Source: Vulcanimicrobiota bacterium
GTDB taxonomy: Bacteria; Vulcanimicrobiota; Vulcanimicrobiia; Vulcanimicrobiales; Vulcanimicrobiaceae
Length of the DNA stretch: 64,000 bases
Direction of reading: 5' to 3'
NCBI GenBank assembly: GCA_963812155.1
Contig: CAWETW010000001.1
Coordinates: 704,001-768,000 of the forward strand
A program made the translations under genes and the position numbers. The notes below the pieces were generated by a model. The model saw nothing but the letters and a program-made list of their open reading frames with translations, was not told the DNA's origin and made no database searches. This document shows positions 22,817 to 38,662 of this stretch, in pieces (positions within the stretch are counted from its first letter, which is position 1; each line of letters opens with the position of its first letter).

Positions 22817-23317
22817 GTGGCCGACTTTGTTCTTCCCGATAAAAATAGCGCCTCACCCTTCGCCGATATGCGCGGTCATCACGTCGCCGTGCGTACGCCG
22901 AGCCTGGCAGAAGCCAAGGATTTCTATGTCGGCAAGCTCGATTTCCGGGTCGTCGCAGAATGGGATTTTGCCGACGCGAAGCTCGCATATTTTGCCCCGC
23001 CGACAGACGATCATTTCTATGTCGAGATCCTCGGCGGCGGTGACTCGCTTCCCACGGAGGTACGCCCCTACACGGACCTTGGCGATAGTCTGAAATATCG
23101 CGGCTACCACCACTTCTGCCTCACCGTTGCGAGCGTGGATCAAACGCTCGCCGCGCTTCGCGAGCGTGGCGTAGCGATCGTTGCCGAACCGTTTATCTTG
23201 CCTGCCATAAGCCGCAAGCTTGCCTTCTTCGCCGATCCATTCGGCAATCTGATCGAGTTAGCCGAAGTATTAGGGCGCCAATTCCGCAGCCACGCCGCCG
23301 ATCGGCGGCGCGGCTGA
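22817..23317 (+). CDS. VOC (glyoxalase/bleomycin resistance) family protein
   Basis: HHVAVRT, GYHHFCLTV, FFADPFGNLIEL; GTG after aggaga. Confidence 0.88.
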   Translation: MADFVLPDKNSASPFADMRGHHVAVRTPSLAEAKDFYVGKLDFRVVAEWDFADAKLAYFAPPTDDHFYVEILGGGDSLPTEVRPYTDLGDSLKYRGYHHFCLTVASVDQTLAALRERGVAIVAEPFILPAISRKLAFFADPFGNLIELAEVLGRQFRSHAADRRRG

Positions 23318-23434
23318 GAGCGGTGGGAGACGAGTGCCGAGCGCCGGGCCGCCCTGCATTCGACGATGGTTCAGCGGCGGCAGTCCGCAACGTGGGATTG
23401 ACGACAGGAACGATCCAGTTGTATACTGCAACTG

Positions 23435-23879
23435 TTGACTCATCGAACTATTCACGCATCGCCCGTCGCCTTCGAGCAGCAGATCGTTGGACTGATCCGC
23501 GCGCTTGGGTTGCACCGACCAGACCAGACGCCTTGCGGCGCACCGATTTCAGTCAGGGAGGCACAAGCAGTGTTTGAGCTTGCCAACGATCCCGGCATTT
23601 CTCGAAAACGAACTCGCGACGTGACTGCGGTTGGAAAAGACACGGTGAGCAGGTTCGCTAAAATGCTCTAGATGCGCGGCGGCTAGATCGCTCCAGGGAC
23701 AGGGACGATTCTCGGCTGTTGAGGCTCCGGCTAACGGCGGCGGGATCAAAGGCCGTGCAACGTCTCGCCGCGTCACGACGGGCACGTTTCTCTAAGGTTT
23801 CGATGCAATCCCCGCGCATAAACGCGACGCTCTTCTCGATTCACTCTCACTCTTATCCGAGGTCCTCGATGAAACGTAG
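23435..23879 (+). pseudogene. MarR-family regulator, multiply frameshifted as sequenced (error or pseudogene)
   Basis: HRPDQTPCGAPISVREAQAVFEL..PGIS, KDTVSR, and DDSRLLRLRLT..G wing motif in shifting frames. Confidence 0.6.
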
Positions 23880-24358
23880 TAGATACCGGCTGTCTTAGCT
23901 ATGGCGCTCGCAGTCTACCCGCTTGCGCTCCAAGCGGACGATTCGCACCAAGGCATGGTCATGGAACACGGCGCGCAGGTCATGCCGTTCGACCAGAAGC
24001 AGGCCATGCACATGTTCTTGCCGAGCGCCAGTGGGGGCGTGGTTGAAGTCGTTGTTCACGATATGAACCGACGCAGATTGCCCTCGTTCGATCGCACTTG
24101 CTCCAAGAGGCAGCAATGTTCGCCCGAGGCGACTACTCCGACCCCGCGTACATTCACGGAAAAGCGATGCCGGGTTTAGCTCAGCTGGCGGCCGCCGCTT
24201 CTCTCGTGTCGGTCCACTACTTTGAGACGCCCAGCGGAGCGGCAATCACTCTTGCGAGCGCCGATCGGAACGTGGTCGCCACCATTCATCAGTGGCTGGC
24301 GGCGCAGCAACACGACCATAACTCGAGTGAAATGAAGCATTGCGACGTGCAGAAGTAA
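23869..24358 (+). CDS. His/Met-rich exported hypothetical protein (frameshifted near 23890 and 24070)
   Basis: ORFs 23901..24179 (VMPFDQ..MHMF...GG) and 24098..24358 (FARGDYSDPAYIHG..MPGL) join into one protein-like sequence. Confidence 0.55.
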
Positions 24359-24415
24359 GGTTCGTCCACCTGCCAGGGTGATGCGTTGCCGTACAAGGTC
24401 AACCCTGCGTTGCGG

Positions 24416-25790
24416 TTACTGCAGAAAGAAGCCGGAGAGTTCGTTCTTTGAGTCAAGCACGAACATCACGGGTTGGGACGCGCCGCTGAATACGGCGCCG
24501 TAGTGGTAGCGCCGGTAGCCTTGAACGGTATCTTGGTCGATGTATTGCAGCTTGACGAACTTGCCGTCTTTTGCAAAGTATTGAGCGATCTGCTGCACCT
24601 GGTCGGCCGTCATTGCCGACGCCATGGCGCTGCTGAGCCCGGCCGGATCGAGCTTCCCGGACAAGATCGATGTGAAGAATGCCGTGAGGCGTTTGGTTAA
24701 GCCGGGGTCTTCTTCGGCAGCCTTTGCCTTCGCGTCGGCGAGCGACTCGGCGCGCAAGACGCGAACGCGATCGGGATAGAGCGCTTCGAAGGCCACCGCG
24801 TTCATCAAATACGTTGGATACGACGACGCGTTACCGAGCGAGATGACGGCGAACCGGTCGGGGACGATCATTTCGTCTTCGGCCTCGAATCCGGGCAGAC
24901 CGCCGTGATGGCCCACGAGCGGATCGCTTCCGCCGGACGACATGCCTCGTAAGGCCGAGGCCGTATGTAACGCGATGACCGAAAGTCGAGGGCTGCGCGG
25001 CGGCAATCATGCTTTGAAGCGTCGGGCTTTGGAGGAGCACGCCGTTCATCAGCGCCACGTCGAAGCGCGCGAGGTCTTGCGCGGTTGACCACGCGTCGCC
25101 GCAGGCGTAATACCACGTGATATCGCCGGGATCGGCCGGCGCGAACGTCGCATCGGGCCGGCCGACGTAGCCCGTCGCGAGCGGTATGCCGGACGGTGGC
25201 GGACCCGCGAACGTCTGCGTCATTCCCGCGGGTTCGAAGATTTTCGCGCGAAAGTATTCGTGCAGTGCCAGGCCGGAGAGGCGTTCGACGATTTGCCCCA
25301 GCAGCACGTAGTTCGTGTTGCTGTACGCGAATGCGGAACCGGGTGCCGAAAGCAATGGCTTCACGGCCATCTGCAACAGGATTTCCGGCGGGGTCGTCGG
25401 CTTTTGTGCCGACCCGTTCGCTAACGCCGTGTCGAGGTAATCGGCAATTCCGCTGCGGTGCAGCAGCAGATCGCGAACCGTGATCGACGACGCGCTCGGA
25501 AACGACGGCTCGAATCGCGCAAGCGTGTCGTCAAGCGAGAGCTCGTGATGCTCCACGAGTTGCATGACGGCGACCGCGGTGAACAGCTTCGTGACCGAGC
25601 CGATGCGAAAGCGCGTGTCTTCGGTGACGGCCGCGTGTGCGTTGATATCGGCAATGCCGGCGACTCCGGACGCCGCAATCATGCCGTTGCTGACGACGGC
25701 ATACTGCACGCCGACGGTCTTTCCCGACTCGACGACCCGCGCTGCTTCGGTGTTTAGCGCGGACGCGAGCGCTACAGCAGCGATCAACAT
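24416..25790 (-). CDS. Serine hydrolase, beta-lactamase/PBP class C family (frameshift near 24945)
   Basis: FRIGSVTK (SxxK), LLLHRSG, YSNTNY (YxN); HHGGLPGF in second frame. Confidence 0.85.
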
Positions 25791-25802
25791 GTTAGGTGTG
25801 GC

Positions 25803-25992
25803 CGTCCTTCGACTGCGCGCCTGCGGGCGCTTCGCTCAGGATGACACCATAAGGCGGCGCTTCGCTCAGGATGACACCATAAGGCGGCGCTTCGCTCAGG
25901 ATGACACCATAAGGCGGCGCTTCGCTCAGGATGACACCATAAGGCGGCGCTTCGCTCAGGATGACACATTGAAGCGTCGCTCAGGATGACAC
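25803..25992. repeat. Tandem array of REP-like 30-bp unit
   Basis: Four exact copies of ggcgcttcgctcaggatgacaccataaggc (25826-25945) plus two degenerate copies; core cgctcaggatgacac occurs six times. Confidence 0.92.
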
Positions 25993-26003
25993 ATTGGTGG
26001 CGT

Positions 26004-27394
26004 CTAGGGGGCGACGGCGTGGGGGGCTTTGTCGACGATGGGGTTCACCCAGCCGCCGGGCGGCGTGACGCGGTCGACTTCCGACGGGCCCCAGGTTCCC
26101 GGCTCGTACTGGTAGACCGGCGTCGCGTTGTCGAGAATCGGGTCGACGATGCGCCACGCTTCCTCGACGTAATCCTGGCGGGCGAACATCGTTTGATCGC
26201 CGGCCATCGCATCGCCCAAAACGCGTTCGTACGCGTCCTCCTGCTGCGCACTCGGGTGGCGGCTGACCATGAGTTCGATCGGCACCGCCTTGTCGTCTGA
26301 ATCCGCCATAATGGCGACGCCAATCGCCAGCGTGGTATCGGGACTCAAGCGGAAGCGCACGTGGTCGGAGGTGGGAGCGATTGGAAAGATTTGCGGCGGC
26401 TTGCGCAGACGCACCACGATCTCGAGCGCCGTGTCCGGCATCTCCTTGCCGGCGCGGATGTAGAACGGGACGCCGCTCCAGCGAAACGTGTTGATGAACA
26501 GGCGCACCGCGGCGAACGTTTCCGCCTTCGAATCGGCGGCGACGCCCTTCTCCTGCAGATACCCCTTGAACTGTCCGCGCACGACGCAGCCGGGGTCCAG
26601 AGTGGGAATCGCTTGGAGCACCTGCACCTTTTCGTTACGAATCGACTCGCTATCGCTGCGCGACGACGGCTCCATCGCTACCGTGGTCAATACTTGAAAG
26701 AGATGGTTTTGAATCACGTCGCGGATTGCGCCGGTGTGATCGTAAAACACGCCGCGCCCTTGAACGCCGAAGTCCTCCGCCATGGTGATCTGCACGCTCT
26801 CGACGTATTGGCGGTTCCAAAACGATTCGAGCAGCGGATTGGAGAACCGAAAGAACGTCATGTTGCGTATCGGGCGCTTCTCGAGGAAGTGGTCGATGCG
26901 GAAGATCGACGACTCGTCGAAGAAACGGTGCAGCACGGCGTTGAGATGTTGCGCCGATTTGAGATCCTCGCCAAACGGCTTTTCAACGATAACGCGCGCG
27001 CCGGCGCTGGCGCCGCACTTCGCTAACTGCTCGATCACCGTTTCGAACATCAGCGGTGGAATCGCGAGGTAGTGCGCGGGATGCTTGGCGTCGCCGAGCT
27101 GCGTCTTGAGTTGCGCGAACGTCGCACCGTCGGCGTAGTCGCCGTCGACGTAGCGCAACAGCGTGCAGAGTTTGTTGAACGCATCGTTGTCGAGACCGCC
27201 GTGTTCCTCGACGCTGTCGCGAGCGCGGACCTTCAGTTGATCGAGATTCCAACCCGCCTTTGCGACGCCGATGACCGGCACGTCGAGGGTTCCCCGTTTG
27301 ATCATCGCCTGCAAGGCCGGAAAGATTTTCTTATACGCCAGGTCTCCGGTCGCACCGAAGAAGACGAGGGCGTCGGAATGCACCGGCTGATCGC

Positions 27395-27398
<4 letters not shown>
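26004..27398 (-). CDS. zwf: Glucose-6-phosphate 1-dehydrogenase
   Basis: [43 protein letters not shown]. Confidence 0.95.
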
Positions 27399-30106
<2,708 letters not shown>

Positions 30107-30110
<4 letters not shown>

Positions 30111-30772
30111 GCTTGGGTTCCTTTCGCTTCATCCCAGAGACGAAAACCGCCGGTAAAGGCGTTGGCGTTGTCTCCCTTGCGACACAGCGGCGGCAGCGTG
30201 TCGAGTTTCTTGACGTTCCCGCCGCCGATGACGACGTCGTCGGGTTCGAGAGCGGCAACGAGTGTTTTGACGACCTTCGCGACCTGTTCGCGCCACTTCT
30301 TCTTTCCAAACCGTTTGAGCGCGCGTTCGCCGACGTAGTCCTCGAAGGTTGCCTTCTTATAAGGAAGATGCGCCAGTTCCATCGGCTCCACCGTGCCGTC
30401 GGTGATGAGCGTCGTGCCCAACCCGGTACCGAGCCCCAAGAAGAGCATCTTTCCGCCGTGGTAACTGCCGAGGGCCTGCATCGCCGCGTCGTTGACGATT
30501 TTCACCGGCTTACCGAAAGCGCTTTCGAAATCGAAGCCCACCCAACCGCGCCCGAGGTTGCGCGGATCCGCGACGGGTTTCCCGTGCAGGACCGGACCGG
30601 GATAGCCCATCGAAACGACGTCGTAATCCCAATCTGAGGTCGCGTGCTTAACACCGTCGACCATCGCTTGCGGCGTCATTTCCGGGCCCGACGCGAACTC
30701 GCGCTTCTCAGTCGCCCCCGTGACGAGGCATTTCACGTGCGTGCCGCCGATGTCGATGCTCAAAACGTTCAT
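30107..30772 (-). CDS. ppgK: ROK family polyphosphate/ATP glucokinase
   Basis: IDIGGTHVK, GYPG, NDAAMQA, GLGTGLG, MELAH, GGGN. Confidence 0.8.
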
Positions 30773-30779
30773 CGTGGCG

Positions 30780-33497
<2,718 letters not shown>

Positions 33498-33636
33498 CCG
33501 CCTCTAGAATGCGATTCAGGGCGGCCGCATCCTTTCGGGGTTGGGGAACGGCGGGGAGCGCTATCGCCGGCTTTCCCCGCGCGGGCGCGGCGGAGGGCAT
33601 CGCGCGTGCCGCGCTCGAAGCGTCCGTTCGTCTCAC

Positions 33637-34191
33637 ATGTCAAAGTTGATTTACATTGCGAATATGTCGCTCGACGGTTACGTGGAAGACGCAGCCGGCG
33701 CCTTCGATTGGGTCGAGCCCGCCGGCGTGCACGAGTTCATCACCGATTTGCTGCGGCCGATGCGCACGTATCTCTACGGACGGCGGGTGTACGAGACGAT
33801 GGCGTATTGGGATGCGGACGTCGAGGAGTACCCGCCCGAGCGGCGCGATTTCGCGCGGGTTTGGCAAGCGGCAGAGAAAATCGTCTTTTCGCGGACGCTG
33901 GCGTCGGCCACGACGCGCCGCACGCGCGTCGAGCGAGAGTTTGACGTGGAGGCGGTTCGCGAACTCAAATGGAAATCGGAGCACGACATGGACATCGGCG
34001 GCGCCGAACTGGCGTCGGTTGCACTCGAAGCCGATCTCGTCGACGAGTGTTACGTGTTTGTGAACCCGGTGATCGTCGGCGGCGGAAAGCCGGCATTCCG
34101 TGCCGGCTTGCGGCACAATCTCGAACTGCTCGAGACGGGACGCTTTGATACCGGCGTCGTCTATTTGCACTATGCGCTCCGATCGCTTTGA
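33637..34191 (+). CDS. Dihydrofolate reductase-like (RibD C-terminal) protein
   Basis: MSLDGY, YGRRVYE, KIVFSRTL, GGAELA, LVDE..PVIVGGGKP. Confidence 0.88.
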   Translation: MSKLIYIANMSLDGYVEDAAGAFDWVEPAGVHEFITDLLRPMRTYLYGRRVYETMAYWDADVEEYPPERRDFARVWQAAEKIVFSRTLASATTRRTRVEREFDVEAVRELKWKSEHDMDIGGAELASVALEADLVDECYVFVNPVIVGGGKPAFRAGLRHNLELLETGRFDTGVVYLHYALRSL

Positions 34192-34306
34192 ACGGTACGG
34201 CCGGTAGCTTGCTCTAGGCCTTTACCGTCTAGCGGCCGGTCGTTCTCATCGTTTCTTAGCCTTTGCCGGGGAATTGCGGCAGTTCATGCTCGTGCGCCTC
34301 GGGAAG

Positions 34307-35441
34307 ATGAGCCCGGTGACCTTTCACTTTTTTAGCCGAACGGTCGTCGCCGTATTTCTCGCCGCATGTCTCTGGCCGCAAGCGGCACGCTCCGATACCG
34401 TTACGCCCCAACAGAGAACGTGGGAAACGCAGATCGGCCAACAGCGTTTCATGCAGTACGAGCAGCGCGGCGAGATCGTTCCGCAGCAGTCGCCGCTCTA
34501 TCAGACGCTCGATCCGATCGGCAAAGCCATCGCCTCTGTGGCGGATCCACAGTATTTTGCGCCGTTCCACTTCGTTCTTCTCAACCAGGGCACGCCAAAC
34601 GCAGTCGCGATGCCCGGCGGCAACGTGTACGTGGCCACCAGCATGCTCTCGTTTTTAAGGAACCAGGACGAGCTGGCGGGCGTGCTTTGTCATGAGGTCA
34701 ATCACGACATTCATCACGACGTGTTCGACATATACCAGGCGACTCAAGGCGGACGAACGGCGCACGATCCTGCCGCGATTGCCTCCGAGCGTCAAGCCGA
34801 GACGAACGCCGATCGCGCCGGCGCCTACACCTGCGCGAAGGCAGGCTTCAATCCATGGGGCATGGTCTGGAACTTACGGCTGCACGGCCAAGCGTTAAAC
34901 GGCGCGCAGCAAGCTTCGAACGCCGACCATCCCAGTGACGCGCAGCGCACAGCCGACCTCATTGCGCTGTTCCAAAGCGACCCTGCGACGTTCGCAAAAT
35001 ATAGAGATAACGTCGCGATGGCAAAACCACTCAACGTACCGGCGCAGGTCTCCCGGCAGTACGCGTATCAGCAACCGCAGCAGTATCAGCAATACTCCGC
35101 AGCAGTACCGGCCGCAATACCCGCAGCAGTATGGGCAATATCCGCAGCAGTATCCGCAATACCCGCAGCAGTACGGGCAATACCCGCAACAGTATCCGCA
35201 ATACCCGCAGCAGTACGGGCAATACCCGCAACAGTATCCGCCGCAATACCCGCAGCAGTACGCGGCAATACCCGCAGCAGTACCGCCGCAATACCCGCAG
35301 CAGTACGGGCAATACCCGCAGCAGTACGGGCAATACCCGCAGCAGTATCCGCAATACCCGCAGCAGTATCCGCCGCAATACCCGCAGCAGCAAGGTCCGT
35401 ACCCGCCACCGCCTCTGCCGCCGTGCTATCCGGGCTGCTGA
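34307..35441 (+). CDS. M48 family metallopeptidase with Gln/Tyr/Pro-rich C-terminal tail (frameshift near 35095)
   Basis: NAVAMPGG.VYV, ELAGVLCHEVNH (HExxH), ETNAD, GFNP, HPS...R; tail QYPQQYGQYPQQ in ORF 34935..35441. Confidence 0.8.
35066..35395 (+). repeat. Low-complexity tandem repeat (caatacccgcagcagta-type units)
   Basis: Many imperfect copies encoding QYPQQY(G/P). Confidence 0.9.
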
Positions 35442-35506
35442 AGCACTAGCCGGCTTTGCGCGCACCCATGTGATAAAGAAGGCCCCGCCTCGATCGGCGT
35501 GGCCTT

Positions 35507-35552
35507 GCGCTTCGACTTCGCGTCCCGCGGCGCGCTGCGCTCAGCGTGACAC
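35507..35552. repeat. REP-like element, variant form
   Basis: gcgcttcgac...gctcagcgtgacac between convergent genes. Confidence 0.7.
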
Positions 35553-35574
35553 AGGAGCGCTAGCTGCAGGGTTC

Positions 35575-36351
35575 TTACAAGCGGGCGTATGCCCGCTTCA
35601 TCTTCTTCCACATGCGTTTCCAGTCGGGCTCCGGGGGCGGTTCGGCATGCATGTGTGCTGCAGCGGCCATCGCGTCGCGGTGATCGCCGAGCAACGTTTG
35701 GAGGCACTCCGCGCGGCGCGCGAGTTTCTTCACGCGCTTGCCTGCGAGCGGCCCGAAACATTCGGCGGCGTAGCGCACGTGCTTGGCCTTCATTCGAACT
35801 TGGTGGAGCGTTCGTTCGCTCGGGGAGCGTTCGTGTTCGCGAACGCGCCGGCGCGCACGGCCCCAGACCTTGCGCATCAGTTTTCGGGCCTTCTTGTGCG
35901 CCGGGCCATCGGCGGCGCCCGTGAGTTGAGGCGCGCGGGCGGCGCCGACGATGTCTTCCAGCAGGCTGACGTAGCGCGGCTCGCGCAGCGCGGCGTGGAG
36001 CTCGGCATGGCGTTCCTCGCGTTCGGCGCGCAATGGCTCGAGTCGCTCGGTTGACGGCGCACCGTTGGACGACGCCTCCGCCGCACGCTTTTCAAGCACC
36101 TCGATCAAGACGTCGAGATCGCGCGCCTTACCGAGACAGTCGTCGAGCCAACGCATGCGCTGTCGCAGCGAGTCGGCCCAATGTGAATCGAGAATCGGCC
36201 GGAACGTATGAAGATCGGAGCGCAGGCGCCGCAGCGCGACGCGCGCGTCGTGCACGGGTTCCGGATCGTTCGTCGAGCGCACGCCCCGGTCGCAGGAAAC
36301 TAAATCGACGACGCTCGCGGCGAATGCTCTGCGGTAAACCTCGCCGATCAC
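35575..36351 (-). CDS. CHAD domain protein
   Basis: VHDARVALRRLRS, LGKARDLDV, LHQVRMKAKHVRYAAE, LQTLLGDHRD. Confidence 0.88.
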   Translation of the reverse strand: MIGEVYRRAFAASVVDLVSCDRGVRSTNDPEPVHDARVALRRLRSDLHTFRPILDSHWADSLRQRMRWLDDCLGKARDLDVLIEVLEKRAAEASSNGAPSTERLEPLRAEREERHAELHAALREPRYVSLLEDIVGAARAPQLTGAADGPAHKKARKLMRKVWGRARRRVREHERSPSERTLHQVRMKAKHVRYAAECFGPLAGKRVKKLARRAECLQTLLGDHRDAMAAAAHMHAEPPPEPDWKRMWKKMKRAYARL

Positions 36352-37211
36352 ACCGGCGGCGCGACGTACATCATGTGTTGCGGAATGTCGAGTGTAAAGA
36401 TTTTATCCGCCCAAAAATCGTTGCCCACATTGCAATCGTAGACCAAGTCTTCGAACACGACGGGTGGGTGCTGCATCGCCGAGCGATGGTCGTCGAGCAG
36501 GCTCAGCGATCCGATGGTGGCGGCGATCCCTTCGCCGAGCGGCGTGCGCACGTGTTTCAAGGCGGGGTCGGCGAGATTCACGCCGAGCTTCGCGGCGAAG
36601 CGGCGGTCGATCATGATGTCGCGCGTACCCGTGGTGATCGCGCACAACCCGGTCTGGCCGTTGCCGAAATCGAAGGTTGCAAAGACGCCAAGGGACGTAT
36701 CGAGTTCGTCTTGCAGCGTGAGCGGAACGCGATCGGTGAACTGCTTGCGCTGGGGAAGCGATACAGCATCTTCGATCAACAGCTGATGCTGGCGAAAATC
36801 GAACGTCGCGGTCACGTCGCGAAACGCCGACGCCGAAATCAAGCCGTCAATACCGGTGCCATCGAGACCGCCCCAGATGCCGATCTTCTTACTATTGACG
36901 GTAAACTGGCCCAGGGCCATCGATACGACACTGCCGACCGGCAGATCGACGCGCTGGCCGGTGAGGTTCAACGTCACGAATTTGCTGGTAACGTTCACGT
37001 TGCGCGACCCGGCGCTTTGCGAAAGCACGTCGATGCCGGCGCCGAGATCGATACGCATGGGGTAGGGGCGACCGTTGACCGTGCCTTGCACGCGGATCGT
37101 TCCGTCGTCGAAGGCGAACGGTACCGTTTCGAGCGCGCGAGCGGCCTGAGGCAGCGAAAATGCGAAGACGGCAGCCATAACGGGCGCCGCGCGCAACCAG
37201 CATCGAATCAT
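36348..37211 (-). CDS. Secreted retropepsin-like (aspartyl protease fold) protein
   Basis: Signal peptide; VQGTVNGRPYPMRIDLGAG and DGLIS; two-domain arrangement with non-canonical D-T/S-G motifs. Confidence 0.55.
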   Translation of the reverse strand: MIRCWLRAAPVMAAVFAFSLPQAARALETVPFAFDDGTIRVQGTVNGRPYPMRIDLGAGIDVLSQSAGSRNVNVTSKFVTLNLTGQRVDLPVGSVVSMALGQFTVNSKKIGIWGGLDGTGIDGLISASAFRDVTATFDFRQHQLLIEDAVSLPQRKQFTDRVPLTLQDELDTSLGVFATFDFGNGQTGLCAITTGTRDIMIDRRFAAKLGVNLADPALKHVRTPLGEGIAATIGSLSLLDDHRSAMQHPPVVFEDLVYDCNVGNDFWADKIFTLDIPQHMMYVAPPV

Positions 37212-37334
37212 TGCATCCCTCCTCTCCGTCTTGTTTGTGCTTCATTGAAGCGGTCCTTGCGGGCGGCCGATGGCGGAGCGCGTGCAGCGCGCAACGATGC
37301 TACAAGGGCGAGTGGACCGCGCTCGACCTTGCGC

Positions 37335-38379
37335 CTAGCGGATCGCTATGCCCGAAGGCTCGACAAAACCGGTGTCAAACCCTTGAATCTTACGAATCGG
37401 CGCAACGTTCCCGTGCGCGCCCCGGCGCGAAGACAAGCACGGCGTTGCCGGAAGTGACATATATGCTCGCCGTCGCGTCGAGGGCGACGCCGCTCGGATA
37501 GTAAAGGCCGGTGTTGGTGCCACCAATAGTCGTGACTGGCGCGACGTTACCGGTCGCACCCGCGGCAAAGATTAGCACGTTGTTGGCGCCGGAGTTCGCC
37601 ACGTAGGTCATACCTGCGGTCGCACCGCTGTGGCTCACGGCGATTCCTAACGGCCCAGCCAGGCCCGTGTACGAGCCTTCTAGCGTGCCGATCGGTGAAA
37701 CGTTCCCGTTTGCCTTCGCCAAGTACGTCGTCACGCTGTTACTCGTATTATTCGTCACGTACATCTCTTTCTGCGCGAGGGGAGGCTCTCCGGAGAGTGC
37801 AATGCCGGTGGGAGCCTGCAGGCCCGTTTTGAAACCTTTAGTCAGACGCTTTGGGAAAACGTTACCGTGCGCTCCCGCCTCGAAGAAGTCGACGCTCTTG
37901 AACTTGTAGTAGTCGTTCGTGACGTAAACGCCGCCAAGATTGTCGGCGGCGAGTCCGTAGGGAGCGATTAATTCCGTGTTTGACCCGCTAATCGTCCTGA
38001 TTGGCACGACATCGCCGCTCGCACCCGCAGAGTAAACCGTTACCGATGGTGTATAGAGGTTGCTAACGTAAATGTTACGGTCCTTGTCGAGTGCTATGCA
38101 GAGCGGACCGTACAGCCCAGTGTAGGGACCCTGGATTGATTGAACCGGCTCAACGTCACCGTTAGCGTGCAGCGGAAATACCGTAACGTTATAGGACTCA
38201 AAGCTGACTACGTAGATGCAACGCTTTGTCAAGCAGGGGTTTCTCGCGCGGTCCACCCGAGCGCGCGATGCCATCTGTGTGGAAATCATCGCCGCAGGTG
38301 GGGTTTCTGAACCGCCGCCGCACGCCGTTAGGAGCGTCGCGCCCAGACACGCGCCGATGAGATAGCTTAGCTGTTTCAT
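37335..38379 (-). CDS. NHL-repeat lipoprotein (frameshift near 37425)
   Basis: RBS aaggagg; lipobox LTAC; repeats GNV.P...I.G..TGL..P.GIA; last repeat completed in ORF 37335..37568. Confidence 0.75.
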
Positions 38380-38473
38380 TCCGTGCCCATCCTCCTTGAA
38401 GTCAGTCCGCGTTCCGAGGCGAACGTTATGCCTACGATATAGGATGGGGCCCGTCCACGATTTCCGCAACGGA

Positions 38474-38500
38474 CACTTGTACAATTGACTTGGACAAGTG
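38474..38500. promoter_or_regulatory. Palindromic operator-like site in divergent intergenic region
   Basis: cacttgtacaa-ttgac-ttggacaagtg (11-5-11, one mismatch). Confidence 0.4.
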
Positions 38501-38662
38501 CTCTTCCTCGAACGGCACCTCGTTCCATCGCAAGTCCAAAACGCGTCGCTGAGCCGTCGGCTAGCTCTGGTCGCCCGCCTTGAGCGGGAATCGGCGACGT
38601 GAAATCCCAATCTCTAATTGTCCACGAAAGCCGGGCCTATTCAGAGAAGGGACACACGGCGA

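Noticed and set aside
25564..25989. Repeat proteins (FAQDDTIRRR or CHPERSAALW ORFs)
   Set aside because: These are translations of the DNA tandem repeat with no independent coding evidence.
25826..25992. CRISPR array
   Set aside because: Intervening sequences are identical and very short rather than unique spacers; no cas genes; the unit belongs to the dispersed REP-like family.
35031..36054. Alternative-frame repeat ORFs (VLLRVL, NTRSS, AAGIA)
   Set aside because: Shadow frames of the QYP-coding repeat.
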